Shown: positions 40,523 through 50,867 of the stretch, one piece after another | Layout: the number at the start of each line of letters is the position of its first letter | Numbering within the stretch: position 1 is the stretch's first letter | NCBI GenBank assembly: GCA_965248205.1 | Contig: CBDFIS010000006.1 | Span: 6,637,997 to 6,701,996 of the forward strand | Length of the DNA: 64,000 bases | From: Bryobacterales bacterium | GTDB taxonomy: Bacteria > Acidobacteriota > Terriglobia > Bryobacterales > UBA6623 | Direction of reading: 5' to 3' | The notes under the pieces: model-generated | The model's database searches: none | What the model was told of the DNA's origin: nothing | The model's input: the letters and a program-made list of their open reading frames with translations, nothing else | Position numbers and translations under genes: made by a program

Positions 40523-40581
40523 GGGATCACATCGCGGACTCCGGCGTTGACATCTTGGTGTTTCAAAGACATCATCAAGAT

Positions 40582-40827
40582 GTGCGAACGACCCTGACTC
40601 TTGACAATGATATCGCTGACAAACTTCGCGAGGTCGCCAAGAAAACGGGCCGGCCCTTCAAGCAAGTTGTCAACGGAACGCTACGTTTGGGTCTAAACGC
40701 TAAGCGAACCATGAAACCCCGCAGGCGGTTTACTGTTCGTACGCGCGACACAGGACTTCGTCCCGGCTTTGAGTTTGACTGTGTGTCGTCTCTGCTGGAG
40801 GATCTCGAGGGACTGCCGAGTCGATGA
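40582..40827 (+). CDS. VapB-type ribbon-helix-helix antitoxin
   Basis: (V)RTTLTLDNDIADKLRE...FKQVVN.TLRLGL motif. Confidence 0.88.
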   Translation: MRTTLTLDNDIADKLREVAKKTGRPFKQVVNGTLRLGLNAKRTMKPRRRFTVRTRDTGLRPGFEFDCVSSLLEDLEGLPSR

Positions 40828-40967
40828 AGCTCGTCGATGCCAACCTTCTTCTACAGCCTTATGACCCGTCGACCGATCATCATGCGGCGGCGAGGGTCTG
40901 GCTGAAGACCACGGACAACGACTTTGGCCGTTTCGATCAGGTCCAAGTTGTGAATCCACTCGACTGA
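40824..40967 (+). pseudogene. VapC toxin with in-frame internal deletion (47 aa)
   Basis: MKLVDANLLL..HHAAARVWLK is fused directly to the C-terminal TTDNDFGRF..VNPLD. ATGA overlap with the antitoxin. Confidence 0.85.
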
Positions 40968-41004
40968 GCGACCCGCCGGCTGCCAGGGAAGCCCTAGAGA
41001 ATTC

Positions 41005-41514
41005 ATGGTTACCCTTCTGGTTCTTCGCCATGGGAAGGCGGATGGGGATGCGTCATTCGAAAGCGACCACGAGCGGCCGCTAGCCGAACGGGGCCGCAAG
41101 GCTGCGTCTCTGGTAGGAGCGTTTCTGAACGCCATAGGATTGACCCCTGACTCGGTGATTACGTCGTCGGCCGTTCGCGCCAGAACCACCGTCGAGATCG
41201 CGGCTGAAGCAGGAAGCTGGGGCTGCGGGATCAGGACGACAGATGGCTTTTACGGTGCGACGCCGGGGCAGGTCATGGAAGAAGTGAAATCCGAGACAGA
41301 CTCGACAAAAACCCTTCTGATCGCGGGGCACGAGCCGACGTGGTCTGCTCTGATTACCCTCCTCATCGGCGGAGGCACGCTTCGGTTTCCTTCCGCTGCG
41401 CTCGCGTGCGTGGAGTTTCCGGTCGAGCATTGGAGGGACGTGGAACCCTCGCGGGGTCAGCTCGCCTGGTTGGTAACGCCCAAGCAGCTCAAACTGCGTG
41501 GGTTGGGGAAGTAG
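41005..41514 (+). CDS. sixA: SixA-like phosphohistidine phosphatase
   Basis: LRHGKA, RPLAERG, SSAVRARTT and AGHEP motifs. Confidence 0.88.
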   Translation: MVTLLVLRHGKADGDASFESDHERPLAERGRKAASLVGAFLNAIGLTPDSVITSSAVRARTTVEIAAEAGSWGCGIRTTDGFYGATPGQVMEEVKSETDSTKTLLIAGHEPTWSALITLLIGGGTLRFPSAALACVEFPVEHWRDVEPSRGQLAWLVTPKQLKLRGLGK

Positions 41515-41716
41515 GCGGGAACGGTGGGTCCAACCGCCCATGCCTCGAAGGGGCTGCGTGCACCCACTGGTCTCCGCTATTTGATGTCGCCACGAATGGC
41601 GACACGGCACGCAAGAATGCGCGCGCCACGAAGGGCTTCATGAAGCTTTCGCAGTGATGGCGCCCGAACGGAACGTCGCTACCGCTCGACCCGTGTGTGA
41701 CGGTGCTGCGTTCCTC

Positions 41717-42868
41717 CTACCAGTAAGATCCCATCCATGTGGCCTCGAAGGGTAGCTCTACAGGTGGCCGCTTGAGGATGGCCTCTTCGTTAATGTCGGT
41801 GCCTAGGCCGGGCCGGGTTGGTATCTTCAGGAATCCGTCTTCGTACTCGATGGGATCGGTAAGGATCTCGTTGTACAATTCCAAATCCGGGTAGAAGAGC
41901 TCCTGAATGATGAAATTGGGAATGCAGGCATCGAGGTGCAGGCTGGCGACGGTGGATATCGGGCCGTTCGAGTTGTGGGGCTGGACGGAGACGTAATAGG
42001 CTTCGGCCATGGCCGCGATCTTTTTCAGTTCCAGGATGCCGCCCGCGTGGCAGATGTCAGGCTGAATGATTCGAGCCGCCTGTTTTTCAAACAGCGGTCG
42101 AAACTCCCACCGATTGTAGAGCCGCTCCCCGGTTGCAATGGGAAGGTTGATCGCGCGCTGCACCTCGGCCATGGCGTCCACGTTGTCGGGTGGAATCGGT
42201 TCCTCGTAGAAGAAGGGGTCAAACGGCTCGAGTTTTTGCGCCATCCGGATCGCGCTCCACATGTTGAAGCGCCCATGACACTCGATTAGGAGATCAATGT
42301 CCGGCCCGACGGCTTCTCGCACAGCCCTGACCGAAGCGATCGCGTACTTTTCCTCTTCTTTGGATATGACCTGGCCGCCGCGACGGAAGGGGTCCCACTT
42401 CAAGGCGGTGAACCCGTCCGAGACGGTCGCCTCGGCGTTTTTGGCGACGGATTCAGGTTTGTCGTCCATGCCTCCGAGTTCGATCGCCTTAAAAGCCCAG
42501 GCGTTGGCGTAAGCTCGAACTTTTCCCCGTAGTTTTCCACCGAGGAAGTCGTAGACGGGCATTCCGAAGTGCTTTCCCTTGATGTCCCACAGGGCCTGCT
42601 CGACTCCGCTCAGAGCAGCGAGGGTGATGAGTTGACCGTACCAGAAGGTTTGCTTGAAGAGAGAGTTCCAAATTTCCTCAATTTGAAAGGGATCTCGCCC
42701 TACGAGGAAGTCCTTAAATGACGCCAGCGCCTGGGCGACCACAGGCGCGTGGCGCTCGATGCTGGACTCCCCGACGCCGGTCAAGCCCGAGTCGGTGTAT
42801 AGCTTGACGAACGTCCAGTTGCCGTGCAGCCCGTGGGTTTGGAAAACCTTTAGGTCAGTGATTTTCAA
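41717..42868 (-). CDS. Mandelate racemase/galactonate dehydratase family enolase-superfamily protein
   Basis: EQALWDIKGK, ECHGRF, FYEEP, ATGER and QPDICHAGGI motifs. Confidence 0.92.
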   Translation of the reverse strand: MKITDLKVFQTHGLHGNWTFVKLYTDSGLTGVGESSIERHAPVVAQALASFKDFLVGRDPFQIEEIWNSLFKQTFWYGQLITLAALSGVEQALWDIKGKHFGMPVYDFLGGKLRGKVRAYANAWAFKAIELGGMDDKPESVAKNAEATVSDGFTALKWDPFRRGGQVISKEEEKYAIASVRAVREAVGPDIDLLIECHGRFNMWSAIRMAQKLEPFDPFFYEEPIPPDNVDAMAEVQRAINLPIATGERLYNRWEFRPLFEKQAARIIQPDICHAGGILELKKIAAMAEAYYVSVQPHNSNGPISTVASLHLDACIPNFIIQELFYPDLELYNEILTDPIEYEDGFLKIPTRPGLGTDINEEAILKRPPVELPFEATWMGSYW

Positions 42869-42929
42869 TTCTGTGTCTCCTGTTCACGAAGCATGCACGG
42901 CGGTCGAATTCCATAGTCTAAACGAACTG

Positions 42930-43255
42930 GTGTCGGTGGGAAAATCGGGTACAGTTGGCCAATTCGCTCCAGGCTAAGTACTCTGCTTCGAGGGCCATGA
43001 CGGAGGTGAATTGGTGGCTGGAAGGTGTGAAAAAATGCCGGGACAGTCAGCGCGCGGCGGAAGCTGCGATTGCTTCCGGAGCGGGGACAGGCACCCTGGA
43101 CGGTTCTACGTTCGGCGTCCGGCAGGCAAAAAACCGACCATTACCGACCATCTTCGTGGCGCGGACATGGTTCGCTTGGTTGCCTGTCCCCGCAACCGTC
43201 CGACAGCCCCTGATTTTTTCACACATTCCAGTCCTGGCAGTCCCCATTTTTCCTG
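42930..43255. repeat. Nested repeats: family B MITE remnant interrupted by a 214-bp TIR element containing the GGGGACAGGCA element
   Basis: Inner TIR CTGGAA[G/T]GTGTGAAAAAAT at 43018 and 43231. Innermost IR spans 43081-43193. Confidence 0.75.
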
Positions 43256-43343
43256 GTGGACGATCGGGACTTCTTCTTTCCGAACTCGGGCTTTTGGGTC
43301 GGGACCCATCTTCAAACCTGAAGGGATTGACCCAGGGTGCGCC

Positions 43344-43811
43344 TCATTCGGTTCGCGGGGAATCCGCCGCGGCTCCGAAGATTCGCTGAAATTGCTGCTG
43401 CCGGTGGTCGAAGATTCTTCTTAGGTCACGTTTGACCAGAATCCGATTCACAAGCGAGCCACCGGGCACCGCGTAGCGGATCTCGTCCAGCGCCAGCGTG
43501 TACTTCTCGACTTCCTGAAAGCGGTGCTCGTGAATCCAAAGCCGATAGGGACCTCGCCTCTGCTCATCGACGAAGCGGTGTGGGGGTTCCCATGCGGTGA
43601 TCTCGCTTTGCCACCGAGCGGGCAAACCGTGAACGCGGAGCCGGTAGTCGATCCTCGTACCTATTTGCATCCGGATTGGCCCCAGCGTAAGAACCTGAAA
43701 ACTGAGCCAAGGTGGTGTGAGAATTTCGAGGTTGTGCGCGTCGGCGAAGAACGAAAAGACCTGATCGATGGGCGCCGCCAGTCGCACCTCGGCGGAGAAA
43801 GTGTGGGGCAT
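43344..43811 (-). CDS. SRPBCC family protein
   Basis: VFSFFADAHNLEILTPPW and FVDEQRRGPYRLWIHEH motifs. Confidence 0.9.
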   Translation of the reverse strand: MPHTFSAEVRLAAPIDQVFSFFADAHNLEILTPPWLSFQVLTLGPIRMQIGTRIDYRLRVHGLPARWQSEITAWEPPHRFVDEQRRGPYRLWIHEHRFQEVEKYTLALDEIRYAVPGGSLVNRILVKRDLRRIFDHRQQQFQRIFGAAADSPRTE

Positions 43812-43863
43812 GGTAGGGAGTGTTGGACCGGTACCGCACCCGGGCCATAACCCCGCTACTTTA

Positions 43864-44235
43864 CTAGAGACCAAGCATCCGACGAATTGACAGCATCAGG
43901 TGCAGCCGTCGGAAGGTGAGGAACTCCCGGGCAGCGACGACTCCGAACTCTGGATTGGTGCTCGTGGGGATCGCAAATCGCAGCACCCTCCAGAAACGTT
44001 GGAAATCCCCCCAAATCTTTTTGGCGAGAGCCGAACGCAGTCGCCGTCGGGCAGTCGACGTTGCCGCTTCAAGGTCCCGGAGCGTGTCTCGATAGGCCTC
44101 TTCAGCAAGGGGTGTTGCTTCAAGGTCCTGTAGATCTGCTGGTCGTTCAGGCGGAGGTCGACCTAGCTTGACCAAAACGACCAGGAGCGTTAAGGTCGAC
44201 AAGGCTGTGAGCGCCAGAACTAGGACAAAAATCAT
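43864..44235 (-). CDS. Hypothetical membrane-anchored protein
   Basis: N-terminal TM helix; co-oriented upstream of the SRPBCC gene. Confidence 0.45.
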   Translation of the reverse strand: MIFVLVLALTALSTLTLLVVLVKLGRPPPERPADLQDLEATPLAEEAYRDTLRDLEAATSTARRRLRSALAKKIWGDFQRFWRVLRFAIPTSTNPEFGVVAAREFLTFRRLHLMLSIRRMLGL

Positions 44236-44613
44236 CTAGATGGAACCGCGGAGAAGGAATGCTGGGGGAACGGGGAGACCTGCCCGGTAAAGCGTAGAAA
44301 AGCAGCGTGATGGGGAGTCGGGCCGTTCCCGAGGGCTGTGACAAGCCGGGTGATTAACCGCGCTATGGCAGGCGGATTAGGACTAATATGACCCATAACG
44401 ATCGCTGGAGTCAACAACAAAAACGCTATTCGCAGAGTTGCTTTCATTGTTCTTCCGTTGGGTGCATTGAAATGTTTCAAAACTGTTTCAATCTCGGGCG
44501 CCGAACGTTCTTGGTCAACCCTTCACGCTTCGACCTTTGATTCACCTGGTATAGCCAGCAGGACAGCGGGTCACGAGCCGTTGTAGAATGTCACGGTAGG
44601 TGAGGAGGCAACA

Positions 44614-45624
44614 ATGGCAAAGGAGAGCTCCCGGCGGGACTTGTTGCGTGGGACGGTTGGTGGTGCAATGACAGCCGCGCTTGCGAACCGTGCTCTTGGC
44701 CAGCAATCCGGGTCCACAGGCATTCCGACTCGAAGACTGGGGCGGACGGGTGAACAGGTCTCGATTCTCTGCCTGGGCGGCGGACACATGGCTTCGGTGG
44801 CTTCCAAAGACAAGCCGGCGGCGGTCCGCATGATGCACGCGGCGGTTGACGAGGGGGTCACCTTCTTCGACACGGCTTGGGAATATTCGGGTGGCCTGAG
44901 CGAGCAGGTAATGGGGGAAGCCTTGGCAGAGGGTGGACGACGCGACAAGGTGTTCCTGATGACCAAGAACTGCGAGCGCGACTACGCCGGGTCGATGAAG
45001 TGCCTGGAGGACAGTCTTCGCCGCCTTAAGACGGACCATCTGGACCTGTGGCAGTTCCATGAAATCGACTACGATAATGATCCCGATTGGGTGTTCGAAA
45101 GAGGGGGGATCAAGGCAGCCATCGAGGCCAAAAAGGCCGGCAAGGTTCGATACGTCGGTTTCACCGGCCACAAGGACCCACTCATTCACCTGAAAATGCT
45201 GAGCAAGCCTTATGCCTGGGATACTTCTCAGATGCCGATCAATGTCATGGATGCCCACTTTCGAAGCTTCCAGCATCAAGTCGTGCCGGTGTGCCGGGAA
45301 AAGGATGTGGGTGTCATTGCGATGAAATCTCTGGGAGGGGGCAACGGAATCATTCCCTCGAGTACGGACCTGACGGCCGAGGAGTGCCTGCGCTATACGC
45401 TAAGCACCCATGTTTCGACGCTCGTCGTGGGTTTCACGTCTATCGAGCAGCTCAAGGAGGCAGTGGCCATAGCCCGTGACTTCCGGCCGCTCTCGGAAGG
45501 GGCCAAGCAGAAGCTGCTAACTCGGGCCAAGTCCGAGGCTACCGACGGTCGCCACGAGCGCTTCAAGACGACGCAGATTTTCGACGCCACGCATCACAGG
45601 CTGCAGCATGGCTTTGAGGCCTAG
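44614..45624 (+). CDS. Aldo/keto reductase with Tat signal peptide
   Basis: SRRDLL Tat motif; FFDTAWEY, SLRRLKTDHLDLWQFH and GFTGH motifs. Confidence 0.93.
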   Translation: MAKESSRRDLLRGTVGGAMTAALANRALGQQSGSTGIPTRRLGRTGEQVSILCLGGGHMASVASKDKPAAVRMMHAAVDEGVTFFDTAWEYSGGLSEQVMGEALAEGGRRDKVFLMTKNCERDYAGSMKCLEDSLRRLKTDHLDLWQFHEIDYDNDPDWVFERGGIKAAIEAKKAGKVRYVGFTGHKDPLIHLKMLSKPYAWDTSQMPINVMDAHFRSFQHQVVPVCREKDVGVIAMKSLGGGNGIIPSSTDLTAEECLRYTLSTHVSTLVVGFTSIEQLKEAVAIARDFRPLSEGAKQKLLTRAKSEATDGRHERFKTTQIFDATHHRLQHGFEA

Positions 45625-45669
45625 GAGGGCCTTAGAGGGAAGCAGTATCAACATGAACGAGGACCTCTT

Positions 45670-46005
45670 ATGAAACAGAAAAGTCTCTCAAACGCCAAGG
45701 CAGTAGCCATGATGGAGGGCATCGTCCGCAAGACGCTGACTTATAACGACGACGCGATGCTCTGCCACATTGAGATGAAGCAGGGGGCCAAGATCCCTCT
45801 GCACCATCACGAACCGGTGCAAATCGGCATATGCTTGTCCGGGAAAATCCGTTTCATCGGAGAGAGTGCCGAGGATGAGTTCATCGCGGCGGCGGGCGAT
45901 GGTTACATAATGGACTCGAACAAGCCTCACGGGGCTGTGGCGTTGGAGGACTCGGCCGTCGTCGAGGTGTTCACACCTTCGCGGCCGGAGTACGCGGACT
46001 TCTAG
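45670..46005 (+). CDS. Cupin domain protein
   Basis: PLHHHEPVQ...KPHG...EVFTPSRPEY pattern. Confidence 0.88.
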   Translation: MKQKSLSNAKAVAMMEGIVRKTLTYNDDAMLCHIEMKQGAKIPLHHHEPVQIGICLSGKIRFIGESAEDEFIAAAGDGYIMDSNKPHGAVALEDSAVVEVFTPSRPEYADF

Positions 46006-46340
46006 ACGGCGGGAAAGCCGGTCGACCCGAAGGCCGAAGGCCTTTGTCCGCAGGATGAATGACGCCCGCGTGCCCTATTCAAAGGGTTGCAGGCGGTCGA
46101 TTTCCCAGTGGTGAACTTGCCGCCCGCGGACGAACCTGCAAAAATGTAGTTAGTCTACGAGCCGGAAGTAGGTCAAGAGATTCCTCGTCGTCATCCGTCT
46201 CTCGCCGCTGATTCGACCGAATTCGGGATACTCACCGACGGTACCACCGCAATATGGCGGAGCGGTGTCATATCGGTCACAGGGTCCGGTCTTGCCAGCC
46301 CTTGTGCCATGACTTTTCGTGCATTCTAAGGTAATTGAAC

Positions 46341-47405
46341 ATGGCAACAGACAACCAAATCAAGGTCGCAATCGCGGGTGTTGGGAATTGCTGCCAAGCC
46401 CTCGTTGAAGGGCTTGAGTACTACAGGCGGAATCCCGAGGACACCCGCGGGCTGATGAACGTCGATATCGGCGGGTACAAGGCGACCGACATCGTGCCAG
46501 TGGCAGCGTTCGACATCAATGCGGACAAAGTCGGGAAAGACCTGAACGAAGCTATCTTTGCCGCACCGAACATGGCCTACCGCTACGGTCTGGACCTCGA
46601 ACCGTCGGGCGTGACCGTCCAGATGGGACCTGTACTTGACGGCAACCCCCCAAACCTAGGAGTTACAGCGGCGGCGGCCGAACCGAGTAAGGTCGCCGAA
46701 GTACTGAGCAGCTCCGGGGCTGAGATGCTGTTGAACTTCATCCCTACGGAGTCGCATGACGCCGCCCGGTTCTATGCGGATGCCTCGATTAAGGAGTCCA
46801 AAACCGGCTTCATCAACGGCATGCCGACGTCGATTGTCTGCGATCCCGCTTATCAGAAGGCCGCCGTGGAAAGTGGAGTGCCGATTATCGGCGATGACGT
46901 CAAGAGCCAGTTGGGGGGAACGGCCATCCACCGCGCGCTGGCGACGTTGTTCGACACGCGCGGCGTCCACATGCCCGAGACCTATCAGCTCAACTACGGC
47001 GGCAATACCGATTTCGCCAATTTGCAGGCCAGGGGCAAGAGCAAGCTGAAGACGAAGACGGAGTCCGTCACCAGCCTGATGCCCTATCCCGTGAACATGT
47101 CGACGGGATTCAGCTACTTGCCGCTGATGAAAGATCGAAAGACCTCGATCTTTTGGATCAACGGCGGCAACTTTGGCAACACGCCACTGCATTTCGAAGG
47201 GAAGCTGGAGGTGGAAGACAGCGCTAACTTCGCGGGCGTCATCGTTGACATGGTCCGCTATACCCGGATCGCCCTCGACCGAGGCGTCTCGGGCGCGCTG
47301 AATTCGGCTTGTTCCTTCCTCACGAAGCATCCGCCCGAACAGATTCGCGATATGGACGCTTGGGAGCATCTTAAAGAGTTCGTAGCCGGCTCCAGAGAGA
47401 GATGA
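46341..47405 (+). CDS. ino1: myo-inositol-1-phosphate synthase
   Basis: GVGNC, GDDVKSQLGGT, GGNTDF and KLEVEDSANFAG motifs. Confidence 0.88.
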   Translation: MATDNQIKVAIAGVGNCCQALVEGLEYYRRNPEDTRGLMNVDIGGYKATDIVPVAAFDINADKVGKDLNEAIFAAPNMAYRYGLDLEPSGVTVQMGPVLDGNPPNLGVTAAAAEPSKVAEVLSSSGAEMLLNFIPTESHDAARFYADASIKESKTGFINGMPTSIVCDPAYQKAAVESGVPIIGDDVKSQLGGTAIHRALATLFDTRGVHMPETYQLNYGGNTDFANLQARGKSKLKTKTESVTSLMPYPVNMSTGFSYLPLMKDRKTSIFWINGGNFGNTPLHFEGKLEVEDSANFAGVIVDMVRYTRIALDRGVSGALNSACSFLTKHPPEQIRDMDAWEHLKEFVAGSRER

Positions 47406-47523
47406 GGGCTGCGCCTGATCCGACCTCCCAGAGAGGGCCTCAATCATCTCGTCGCGCCCTTGGCTTTGAACGCACCCTCGTAGGGCAAACGGCCTCGTAG
47501 GGAGGGCCAAAAAGGCAAACACG

Positions 47524-48699
47524 ATGGCAGACGTAAGAATGGGCGTTCTCGGTTGCGGCAGCATCGCCCAGATCGCTCATCTTCCCGCAATTTCTCGCAA
47601 CGATCAGGCGACGTTGGCGGCAGTCTGTGACACGAGCACCGAAAGGGCTGAGGAAGCGGCGGCCAAGTGGGGTGCTGAAGGCTGGTTCACCGACTACCGG
47701 GAGATGTACGAGAAGGCCAAGCTCGATGCTGTCGTGATCGCCACTCCGAACTACGCCCACCGCAACCAAGCCATCGCCGCGGCTCAAGCCGGAATCAGTG
47801 TGGTCGTCGAGAAGCCCCTCGCCGTGACGAACGTCGAGGCCTGGGACATCGTCGACGCCTGCAACAAGGCCGGCGTGAAGCTCATGGTGGGTTGCGACCG
47901 GCGATTTTGGACGCACAACCAGTGGGCGCGGGAACTGATCGAAGCCGGTGTCATCGGCAAGGTGCTGATGAGCCGTTCGTGCTTGCACGAGCACTGGTTC
48001 AACTATCAAAACCACGTCGCTGTCACTGACTTCCGGCTGGATGTGAAACTTGCCGGCGGTGCAGCAATTAATGACACTGGGGCGCACGCCATCGACTTGC
48101 TGACCTGGCTGAACGGGAGCAAGGTGAAACGAGTGATTGGAGTGGCCAAACGGATGGTAATGCCGGAGGACTACACGCACTGCGATGACACAGCCCTGGC
48201 CATGGTGGAATTCGAAAACGGCGCTTTCGGCACCATTAGCTGCAACCGTTTTTCGCACGCGGTCAACCAAGCCACGGAATTGTGCGGTACCGAGGGCACG
48301 ATCTTTACCGCTACGGACGCGACGAATCCCTTCCAGAGCTGGCCGATGGCCGTTTACACGAATAAGGAATTCACGGAAGAGACGCTCCCACCCGTCCTGA
48401 AAAACTTTCGTTGGCCGGAGTTGTTTTGGGTAGAAGATAGGATCGAGGCTACCGTTCGGAAACGCTGGGTTCCCATCTGTCCCCCGCGTTACCCCAGCAA
48501 CTACGAGCGCATGACGGCCCATTTCCTCGACTGCATCATTAACGACAATCCTCCGCTGGTCAGTGGTGAAGACGGAGCCCGTGCTATCGAGGTGATGTGC
48601 GGCGCCATCAAGAGCATGGAAACGGGTGCCTGGGTAGATCTGCCGCTGAAGGAGGAAGTCGTACCTCCGGGTTATGATCCTCCTCAGGATGGTGCGTAG
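47524..48699 (+). CDS. Gfo/Idh/MocA family oxidoreductase
   Basis: GCGSIA, IATPN, VEKPLA and GGAAINDTGAHAID motifs. Confidence 0.92.
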   Translation: MADVRMGVLGCGSIAQIAHLPAISRNDQATLAAVCDTSTERAEEAAAKWGAEGWFTDYREMYEKAKLDAVVIATPNYAHRNQAIAAAQAGISVVVEKPLAVTNVEAWDIVDACNKAGVKLMVGCDRRFWTHNQWARELIEAGVIGKVLMSRSCLHEHWFNYQNHVAVTDFRLDVKLAGGAAINDTGAHAIDLLTWLNGSKVKRVIGVAKRMVMPEDYTHCDDTALAMVEFENGAFGTISCNRFSHAVNQATELCGTEGTIFTATDATNPFQSWPMAVYTNKEFTEETLPPVLKNFRWPELFWVEDRIEATVRKRWVPICPPRYPSNYERMTAHFLDCIINDNPPLVSGEDGARAIEVMCGAIKSMETGAWVDLPLKEEVVPPGYDPPQDGA

Positions 48700-48750
48700 C
48701 GAGCGACAGCCGACGGCCTTGTCGATCCTACTCCGTCACAATAAGACAAG

Positions 48751-49710
48751 ATGTCGGTTCGCCTCGTCACCATGGGCCACGTTTTGTGCGAGACGATTGT
48801 CTTTGCGGACGGTCGACGTGAAGGGCCTGTGCTGGGTGGTCCGACGGCATATGCTGGAACCGTGACAGCCCGGCTTGGGGTGCCGACGGGTGTCGTAACC
48901 AAGTTTGGACCGGATGCGCCCGGCCTTCTGCTCGATCCTTTGCGCGATGCGGGGGTAGACCTCGGGGGCGTTGATACCAAACAGGGAATCACGACAACCA
49001 ATGAGCTCGTGTACGCCGCGGACGGGACTAAGGAGCTGAGGTTCCTCAAACAAGCCAGCCCGCTGACCCCGGAGGATATTCCGGCCGATTACCGGCAAGC
49101 AGAGGTGTTTCACGCCGGCCCTTTGGACTACGAGGTTCCGCTTGCGACCGTGCAGGCCGTTGCGAGCTTTGGAGCGCAAATTAGCCTCGACCTTGGCGGG
49201 TACGGTGGAGCTCACGTCCGCCGGGACACCTATGAGCAAAAGAAGCTCTCCCGGTCGTCACTCGAGGAGTTGATCAGTTGTTCTCAAGTCGCTAAGGCGA
49301 GCGACGAAGACGCCCGACTGCTGTTTGCGGAGGAAAATCTTACCGAAGCACAAAGTGCGCAGCGATTGGTCGATTGGGGCGCCGGAATTGGCGTCATCAC
49401 GCTGGGGGCGCGAGGCAGTCTGGTTTTCACCAAGGACGCGAAGTTTGCCGTCCCCGCCATCCCCGGCGGTGCCGTGGATATCACAGGCGGAGGCGACTCC
49501 TATATGGGAGGGTTTCTCACCGAGTATATGCGGACCGGGGATCCCTGGCAGGCGGGGGTGTTTGCCTCGGCCGTGGCCTTGTGCGTGATCGAAAGAACGG
49601 GGGGAGTCCGAGCGGAGAGAATGCCGACGGCCGAAGAGGCGCGAAAGAGAATTCCGCCGGATGCGAAGCCGCAGCGACTACGAAACGAGGGGCCACACGA
49701 TTGTGAGTAG
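48751..49710 (+). CDS. PfkB family carbohydrate kinase
   Basis: LGGPTAY, ITLGARGS and DITGGGDSYMGGF motifs. Confidence 0.9.
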   Translation: MSVRLVTMGHVLCETIVFADGRREGPVLGGPTAYAGTVTARLGVPTGVVTKFGPDAPGLLLDPLRDAGVDLGGVDTKQGITTTNELVYAADGTKELRFLKQASPLTPEDIPADYRQAEVFHAGPLDYEVPLATVQAVASFGAQISLDLGGYGGAHVRRDTYEQKKLSRSSLEELISCSQVAKASDEDARLLFAEENLTEAQSAQRLVDWGAGIGVITLGARGSLVFTKDAKFAVPAIPGGAVDITGGGDSYMGGFLTEYMRTGDPWQAGVFASAVALCVIERTGGVRAERMPTAEEARKRIPPDAKPQRLRNEGPHDCE

Positions 49711-49795
49711 AGGTAAACAATCTTGTTTGTTCGCCTCAGCGTCTCGCGAAAGCGGCTATCGATTTCTCCTCGCAAGGGAATGAAACTCTAGATCT

Positions 49796-50500
49796 ATGTC
49801 GAATTATCTCAGCGATTTGAGACCTAACTTCTCACCCTTCGAGATTGACTGTGGGAAGATCGGCGCCTACCAATACAAGGGGAACTTGAAAGCGGAGTTG
49901 AGCGCGGGGCGAATGGATGCATCCATCGCCCGGGATTTGTTGGAAGGCATGCTCATGGTCCGCGAGATGGAAGAGATGATCGTGAAGCTGCGCTCGGGTG
50001 CCTACGATCCGCTTCGCACTTTCAATTACCGGGGGCCGACTCACGTCTCAATCGGCCAGGAAGGCAGCTCCATGGGCGCGTTCAGCGCGCTGGAAGTCGA
50101 AGACTACATCACCAGCACGCACCGGGGCCATGGCGACAGCTTGGGCCGTGGTTCGCAAACCCTACGGCGCATGGGGGAGGAGCAATTACGGGATCGCCTT
50201 CCTCAATCGCAGGCTTCTTCGCGAGAAGAGCTTTTAGAGGAAGCGCTGGAAGACCATCTTTACCGCACCATTGCCGAGCTTTTCGGCAAAGAAGACGGAT
50301 ACTGCCGGGGCCGCGGTGGCAGCATGCATATTGCCGACTTCCGTGTCGGACACTTGGGGGCGAACGCCCTAGTGGGTGGAAACGTTCCTATTGCCACGGG
50401 CGCCTCGCTGGGCGTCCGCTCAACGGCAGCTCGCTCTTGCGGCGACGACACCTGCGGAACAAAAACACATTTGACCGAGGAACCGGGGACAGTGGCGTAG
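49796..50500 (+). pseudogene. Truncated 2-oxoacid dehydrogenase E1 alpha
   Basis: HVSIGQEG, THRGHG and GRGGSMHIAD are present. Similarity ends at ~50420, before the GDG..NN ThDP motif. Confidence 0.82.
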
Positions 50501-50867
50501 CCCAGGCCTCGGCAGCCGTTTTGCCGAGACTTGCGGCCGTTGGCCGTCCAATCGCACCCCGCCCGATGAGGCAGCACATGGGAGGCCCGCAACGCTGATC
50601 TGGAAAGTCGGGGGAAAGACCCGTAGCGCGGATCTCGCCTTTGAGATCCGCGACCGTTTGTTCAATGGCCCGCCGGCCCCTTCGACTCGTCGCCTGCCGC
50701 CGGTTGAGAACAGCCGGGTGGGACAATCGCAACTGCGGTTGAAAACTGTTCTGCTTCCATGAATCCAGCGTTGCGACGATTCGTAAGGGAGTGGATGCCA
50801 GGCCCTCTTCGCCACGTTGGTCGGCTTCTCTACTACCTCCTCTATCGGACATTCGTCTGGATGTGGT

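Noticed and set aside
44232-44480. 82-aa ORF upstream of the membrane-anchored hypothetical
   Set aside because: No motif or clear RBS, so it cannot be supported.
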